Origin: Candidatus Dojkabacteria bacterium
GTDB taxonomy: Bacteria; Patescibacteriota; Dojkabacteria; B142; WJKM01
Length of the DNA stretch: 64,000 nucleotides
Assembly: GCA_014729085.1 (NCBI GenBank)
Contig: WJKM01000004.1
Span: forward strand, 68,345 to 132,344
Reading direction: 5' to 3'
Part shown: in pieces, positions 59,244 through 64,000 of the stretch
Numbering within the stretch: position 1 is the first letter of the stretch
Layout: every line of letters starts with the position of its first letter
The notes under the pieces: model-generated
The model's database searches: none
Told to the model about the DNA's origin: nothing
What the model saw: only the letters and a program-made list of their open reading frames with translations
Position numbers and translations under genes: made by a program

Positions 59244-62072
59244 ATGGAAGATTTTCTCGTTCTATTAATTTGCAGTTCACCCTTTCTCTTTTTGTTTGCT
59301 ATTGTTTTCCTTCTTTTCTGGTTTTTATCCAAAAAGAATTCGGAACAGAGAAAAGATACCAATACCCTTAACAAACAAACCTTAATAAGGTGGTTAAAAC
59401 AACAAAAAAAGGCAGGTCTAATAACTATAGATGATCTACTAACAAAAATTGAAAGATCAAAACATGCAACAAAACAAGATAAATATAAAACAACAAAGCA
59501 AACTCTTGTACATAAAAAAGAAACTCAAAGTAATGAGATCGAAACTAAATCTACCAAGAAAAAAGACTCTGCAACTGATATAATAAAAAAGCAATCCTCA
59601 AATGCCACTTTACTTTTATATATTGGGGCAATTCTAGTTATTTTCTCTGTATTTATTTTTACTGCATTCAATTGGGAAACTTTTTCAGGACTTATCAAAA
59701 GCTTTATTCTAATCGGCTTGACTCTATCTTTCTATATTTCGGGTATTATAATCTACCAGTTCAAGTCAATTAAAAAGGCTGGGATTACTTTTATTACGAT
59801 TGCCTCTATCGGCCTTGGCTTTACAGGAATTGGTCTATGGAAATTTCTCCTCGAAAATACCTGGACACTAAATTTCTCTACATACTGGTTGGGATATTCA
59901 ATCTTTATGACGCTGGTATACTCTGTAAGCCTTTACCTTTTTAATCTTAGAAAATACTTCTATTTTTTACTTATATCTATCTATAGTTCCATCCTATCTT
60001 TTGCCTTTACTCTTACAACTGAAATTGAATACAGGGTTGTAGTAATATTAATACTTAATCTGCTCTTTTATTTCTCAGATGGAATTCTAACTAAGTTCAC
60101 AAAAGAAATTCAATTTTCTTCCAGATTAATCAACCAAATTCTCAATGTTCTAGGTATCCTAACCGTAATTATTGGATTAGACACAGGATTGATACATTCC
60201 AACATAATATATCTAATAACGCTTTTCGTTCCAACTGTTTTTTCAGTCATTACTTGGTTTAAACAAAAATATAAGGTTGAAACCCTTATTTCATTATTAC
60301 TAACCCCAGTGAAGATATTTATTGCCTACTTTGTACTTGACCTTGAAAACCCTAATCCAGTTCAACTGACTCTTGTGGTTACTATTTACACAATATTAAA
60401 TACTATCCTAGCCGAAATTATATTTGATAAGAAACATAAATTACTACATGCAATCTCTACTTTTGTTTCAGGGGGACTCATATTTATTACAACGCTGTTT
60501 TACATATTGATGTCCGCAAGTAATTCGTCCTCATATATTTTCTCTACTGATGCTAAACTTTTTGTATTAATCGTTAATTCTTCTTTATTAATATTGCCTC
60601 ATCTTGCTAAGAATCGACGTATCATTTTTGCAATTGGAATTAATTATTTGATCTTTTCCAGTTATCAAATACTTGCCATTCTCAATGAAAATTTTAGACC
60701 TATACACTTAATTATTCTTCTGACTCTAATTGAAACCTTAGGACTTCTACTGCATTATTTAATTCATAAGAAGAAGATTAAAAATTTCTATTATTCCCTT
60801 CTACCAATAATATTAATTTCAGGAATAATATCAATAACTATCGGTTTAGAAGAAAAACCTTTAGACAGATTGGTGTCTTTTACAATTTTAAGCATCGTCT
60901 TAACTATTATTTCCAGACTTCATAAAATCAAATTCATTGATTTAGTAACAATTCCTATAAATCTTGTTGCCTATGTTTCATTTTTTAAGTTTCTTGAAGC
61001 AGAAGCAGCGATTGAGATACAAATGCATCATTATGGAATGATTTTTTTAATTCCAGTTCTATTTTATCTAATAAAATTCGAAATAAATAAAATAAATCAA
61101 AAATACATATATCCGTTTATAATTGGAGCGTTGTTTTTCTGGATAATTAGCATTTTCTTGACAATAAAGAATAACAACTTCCTGCTTATAAGCCTGATAA
61201 TATCATTGACCTACTGGATTTATGCGCAATTTAGATTTAGAAAATCATTTATAACTTATCTAATTTATCTTTTCTCAAACCTAATAACCTGGCAGATATT
61301 AAACATTCAAAATCAAGATGTCGATATCTATATCTTATCAACCTCCCTTTTAACAATAATGTTTACAATCGTAAGTTATATTAAATCTAAATCACCAATT
61401 TTAAAACTAGAAGACAGAACAAGGAAACACTTCAGCTTAAGTACAATAATCTCAACAACGATACTATTTCCAATAATCTTTGTCCTTGTAATAACAGATC
61501 CAAGTAATGCAACAGTATTGGCTGCTCTTGCTTTAGGATTAAATCTCGCAATTGCTTCCAGAAGATATTCCTTTCTTGCAGACTTCGCAGGTATAGGGTT
61601 AGTTTTAGCATTGTGGAATTATATATTTCAGCTTGATTTTAATAGTTTGGTAACCCAATTCATCTTTCTTCCAATAACCCTTTGGATACTAATTCTTTCA
61701 TTTAAATACTATCTAAAAAAGAAGAAAAGATTATCATTGATTTTAGAAAGCGGAGGATATATTCTACATTCTCTAATACTTCTTTCCCAATCCGTATTTC
61801 TTTCTGAAGAAGAAAATATATTATATGGCATCATATTGATAGGTGTGAGTATATTAATCCTTCTTTGGGGTGTATATAGAGACAAAAAAGCATTGATTAT
61901 AATTTCTATTATATTTTTAATTACTGAATTAATTATCAGGTTATATATTATACTTATTGATACTCCCTGGTACATATATGTCTGCCTCTTTGGTATGATA
62001 CTTCTGGGAATTGCTATTTATATCATGTGGAGAATTGGACGATATTCCTCTGAAGAAAAACCTAAAAAATGA
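59244..62072 (+). CDS. Large polytopic membrane protein (DUF2157-like N-terminal region)
   Basis: LLYIGA.L...S..F...NW motif and more than 20 hydrophobic helices. Confidence 0.7.
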   Translation: MEDFLVLLICSSPFLFLFAIVFLLFWFLSKKNSEQRKDTNTLNKQTLIRWLKQQKKAGLITIDDLLTKIERSKHATKQDKYKTTKQTLVHKKETQSNEIETKSTKKKDSATDIIKKQSSNATLLLYIGAILVIFSVFIFTAFNWETFSGLIKSFILIGLTLSFYISGIIIYQFKSIKKAGITFITIASIGLGFTGIGLWKFLLENTWTLNFSTYWLGYSIFMTLVYSVSLYLFNLRKYFYFLLISIYSSILSFAFTLTTEIEYRVVVILILNLLFYFSDGILTKFTKEIQFSSRLINQILNVLGILTVIIGLDTGLIHSNIIYLITLFVPTVFSVITWFKQKYKVETLISLLLTPVKIFIAYFVLDLENPNPVQLTLVVTIYTILNTILAEIIFDKKHKLLHAISTFVSGGLIFITTLFYILMSASNSSSYIFSTDAKLFVLIVNSSLLILPHLAKNRRIIFAIGINYLIFSSYQILAILNENFRPIHLIILLTLIETLGLLLHYLIHKKKIKNFYYSLLPIILISGIISITIGLEEKPLDRLVSFTILSIVLTIISRLHKIKFIDLVTIPINLVAYVSFFKFLEAEAAIEIQMHHYGMIFLIPVLFYLIKFEINKINQKYIYPFIIGALFFWIISIFLTIKNNNFLLISLIISLTYWIYAQFRFRKSFITYLIYLFSNLITWQILNIQNQDVDIYILSTSLLTIMFTIVSYIKSKSPILKLEDRTRKHFSLSTIISTTILFPIIFVLVITDPSNATVLAALALGLNLAIASRRYSFLADFAGIGLVLALWNYIFQLDFNSLVTQFIFLPITLWILILSFKYYLKKKKRLSLILESGGYILHSLILLSQSVFLSEEENILYGIILIGVSILILLWGVYRDKKALIIISIIFLITELIIRLYIILIDTPWYIYVCLFGMILLGIAIYIMWRIGRYSSEEKPKK

Positions 62073-62277
62073 AATACTCCGGCTTAAAAGCGGGAACATT
62101 TTGTTTAACACTATCTTACCTCCGACAAGCAAGCCTTATGATTCTAGTTTTATCACCATCATACTTACCCACCCCTGGTGGAAATGTTGGTGCTTTTGCT
62201 ATCTTGAAATAAAAAAAGCAACATGCTTCTCATTAGAAACTCATGATATCTTCAACTCAATCTTTCATCCTATAATA

Positions 62278-62307
62278 TTGACAAAATAGCTTAACTTTGT
62301 ATATACT
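62278..62307 (+). promoter_or_regulatory. Putative sigma70 promoter
   Basis: TTGACA, 18 bp spacer, TATACT just upstream of ORF 62325. Confidence 0.5.
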
Positions 62308-62324
62308 TAATATATAAGATTAAT

Positions 62325-62531
62325 ATGGAATTCTTCACATGTAGTCAACATGCAGAACAAAGAAGACAATTAGCAGAGGCAGTAATAAAATGGACGGAAC
62401 TTCAAGGACAATTGTTGAACCATCGTTATATGGATAGACCTACAGTTTGTCGGGTTGTTGGCCACATCTTGACCCACTTAGAATCCAAGCTGATCAAGCA
62501 AGGGATGCATGGAATGACCTTCAATATTTAA
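62325..62531 (+). CDS. Small hypothetical protein
   Basis: 68 aa ORF behind a promoter-like sequence. Confidence 0.45.
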   Translation: MEFFTCSQHAEQRRQLAEAVIKWTELQGQLLNHRYMDRPTVCRVVGHILTHLESKLIKQGMHGMTFNI

Positions 62532-62619
62532 AAACTCAAATACTAAACTGATTTTAAATCTAAATAAGAAACCGATTTAAATATTGTAAAAAAATATTAG
62601 ATTCAATTATAATATATTA

Positions 62620-62828
62620 TCAAACAGCAAATGGGGGAACTATAAAAAATCAGAATTATAGTTAACTGAAAACCCAAGTTTAAATTTGGAAGTAAAACTT
62701 AATACTATATACAAAGATGTCTCTCTAAAACATTAGAGAGGAAGAAAGGTGGAACCGTCTTTTATCCAACATATGATGAAAAGATCCTAATCAGAAACTT
62801 AGACAAAGTTTTTGATTAGGATTTTTTT
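62620..62828 (+). ncRNA. T-box-like riboswitch leader with antiterminator and terminator
   Basis: AGG-TGGAACC-GTCTTTTATC..GATGAAAAGAT-CCT antiterminator overlaps the terminator ATCCTAATCAGAAACTT/AAGTTTTTGATTAGGAT plus T-run. Stem III-like CTCTAA/TTAGAG hairpin. Upstream TATAAT at 62608. Confidence 0.7.
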
Positions 62829-62857
62829 ATTTATATTAAATTTTAAAATTCTGCTCT

Positions 62858-63403
62858 ATGTTTAATATAAAAATAGAAGATAATTTACAGCTAAATTATT
62901 TAAATCAAAAATATGCTAAAGAAATTTTCGATCTTATAGAAGTAAACCGTGCATATCTTAGACAATGGTTGGTTTGGGTTGACCAAACTAAGCAAATCGA
63001 AGATACAAAAAAATGGATACAAAAATCATTAGATGATGGAGCAAAGGGGAAAGCACTCCAAACTACAATAATGTTAAATGATAGTATTGTAGGTAACATT
63101 GGTTTTAATAAAATTGACAAATTCAATAAAAAGGGAGAAATAGGATACTGGCTTTCTCAAAACCAGCAAGGTAAAGGAATAATGAGCAAATCGGTAAGTG
63201 CATTACTCGATTATGGTTTAAACTTTTTAGAGTTAAACCGAATTGAAATAAAATGTGCAGTTGAAAACAATAAAAGCAGAGCAATCCCTGAAAGGTTAGG
63301 CTTTAGACTTGAAGGTATCCTAAAAGAGGAAGCATGGCTTAATGATAGATTTGTAGACCATGCTTTATATTCTTTATTAAAATCTGAATATCAAGACTCA
63401 TGA
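62858..63403 (+). CDS. GNAT acetyltransferase, RimL/YdaF-like
   Basis: NR.YL..WL.W, EIGYWL...QGKGIM and N.KSRAIPERLGF..EG motifs. Confidence 0.92.
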   Translation: MFNIKIEDNLQLNYLNQKYAKEIFDLIEVNRAYLRQWLVWVDQTKQIEDTKKWIQKSLDDGAKGKALQTTIMLNDSIVGNIGFNKIDKFNKKGEIGYWLSQNQQGKGIMSKSVSALLDYGLNFLELNRIEIKCAVENNKSRAIPERLGFRLEGILKEEAWLNDRFVDHALYSLLKSEYQDS

Positions 63404-64000
63404 AGTTTTCAACAATAATTTTTGACATGGATGGCGTAGTTGTAGATACAGAACCAATCTGGAAAAAAGCAACAATGAAATTTTTACAAAGAAGGGGTAT
63501 AACTCAAGATATAGATAAAGATAAACATAAATGGATAAGCAAATCTCCTGTTGAAATAATGGAAATAATGAAGGATCTTTACGAATTTGAAGGCGATCCA
63601 ATGGAGCTTCACGATGAAAGAAATGCCATTGTAGATGAGATTTATCAGGACGAACTTCAGTATATTAAAGGTTTCGAACCCTTTATTAAAAAAGTTAAAG
63701 ATTCAAACTTAAAAACCTGCATTGCAACAAGCTCCTTTAAAAAACATATTGATCTAATCGATGAGAAGCTAAATATCACGGCCAAATTTGGCCAGCATAT
63801 TTACAGTATTGCAGATGTAGGTAATATTGGAAAACCAAATCCTGATTTATTTCTTTTTGCAGCTGAAAAATTAAATTCAAGTCCTAGTGACTGTATAGTT
63901 ATCGAAGATTCGCCAAACGGAGTGCAAGCAGCTAAAAATGCAGAGATGTTCTGTATAGCACTTTCGCAACAGGATACTGAGGAACACAAACGAAGACTTC
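63400..64000 (+). CDS. HAD-superfamily phosphatase, partial (runs off the window end)
   Basis: ATGA overlap with the GNAT stop. MKFSTIIFDMDGVVVDTE, ATSS, GKPNPD and IEDSPNG motifs. Not in the ORF track. Confidence 0.92.
   Translation, partial: MKFSTIIFDMDGVVVDTEPIWKKATMKFLQRRGITQDIDKDKHKWISKSPVEIMEIMKDLYEFEGDPMELHDERNAIVDEIYQDELQYIKGFEPFIKKVKDSNLKTCIATSSFKKHIDLIDEKLNITAKFGQHIYSIADVGNIGKPNPDLFLFAAEKLNSSPSDCIVIEDSPNGVQAAKNAEMFCIALSQQDTEEHKRRL

Noticed and set aside
1-64000. Alternative genetic code (TGA read as Gly or Trp)
   Set aside because: Conserved genes are full-length under code 11, and TGA ends genes at expected positions, e.g. the GNAT/HAD ATGA overlap.

Overview
A very AT-rich bacterial chromosomal segment using the standard code (TGA is a stop). 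The gene set (tandem type IV pilins, fused ADP-forming acetate-CoA ligase, Gmad2/GerMN, DUF2298, many membrane-anchored surface proteins, little biosynthesis) suggests Patescibacteria/CPR; this is inferred. The window holds about 50 CDSs and four tRNAs: Pro-GGG, Gly-GCC, Val-TAC and Phe-GAA. The strongest signal is a ~7.5 kb array at the tRNA-Gly 3' end (42.7-50.25 kb). Three recurring non-coding modules, joined at a TGGAGC core, delimit gene cassettes carrying DUF4297-HerA, an ABC-ATPase/HEPN-like gene and orphans, with no integrase in the window. Other highlights are a T-box-like riboswitch before a GNAT-HAD operon, an NDT-fold/ribbon-helix-helix gene facing a MazG-MazG-Nudix operon, a double ATP-grasp PEP-utilizer beside a Lys-less Cmk-like kinase, two degenerate hexokinases, and two decayed junction duplications. 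All family calls come from motif recognition by eye; no searches were run.
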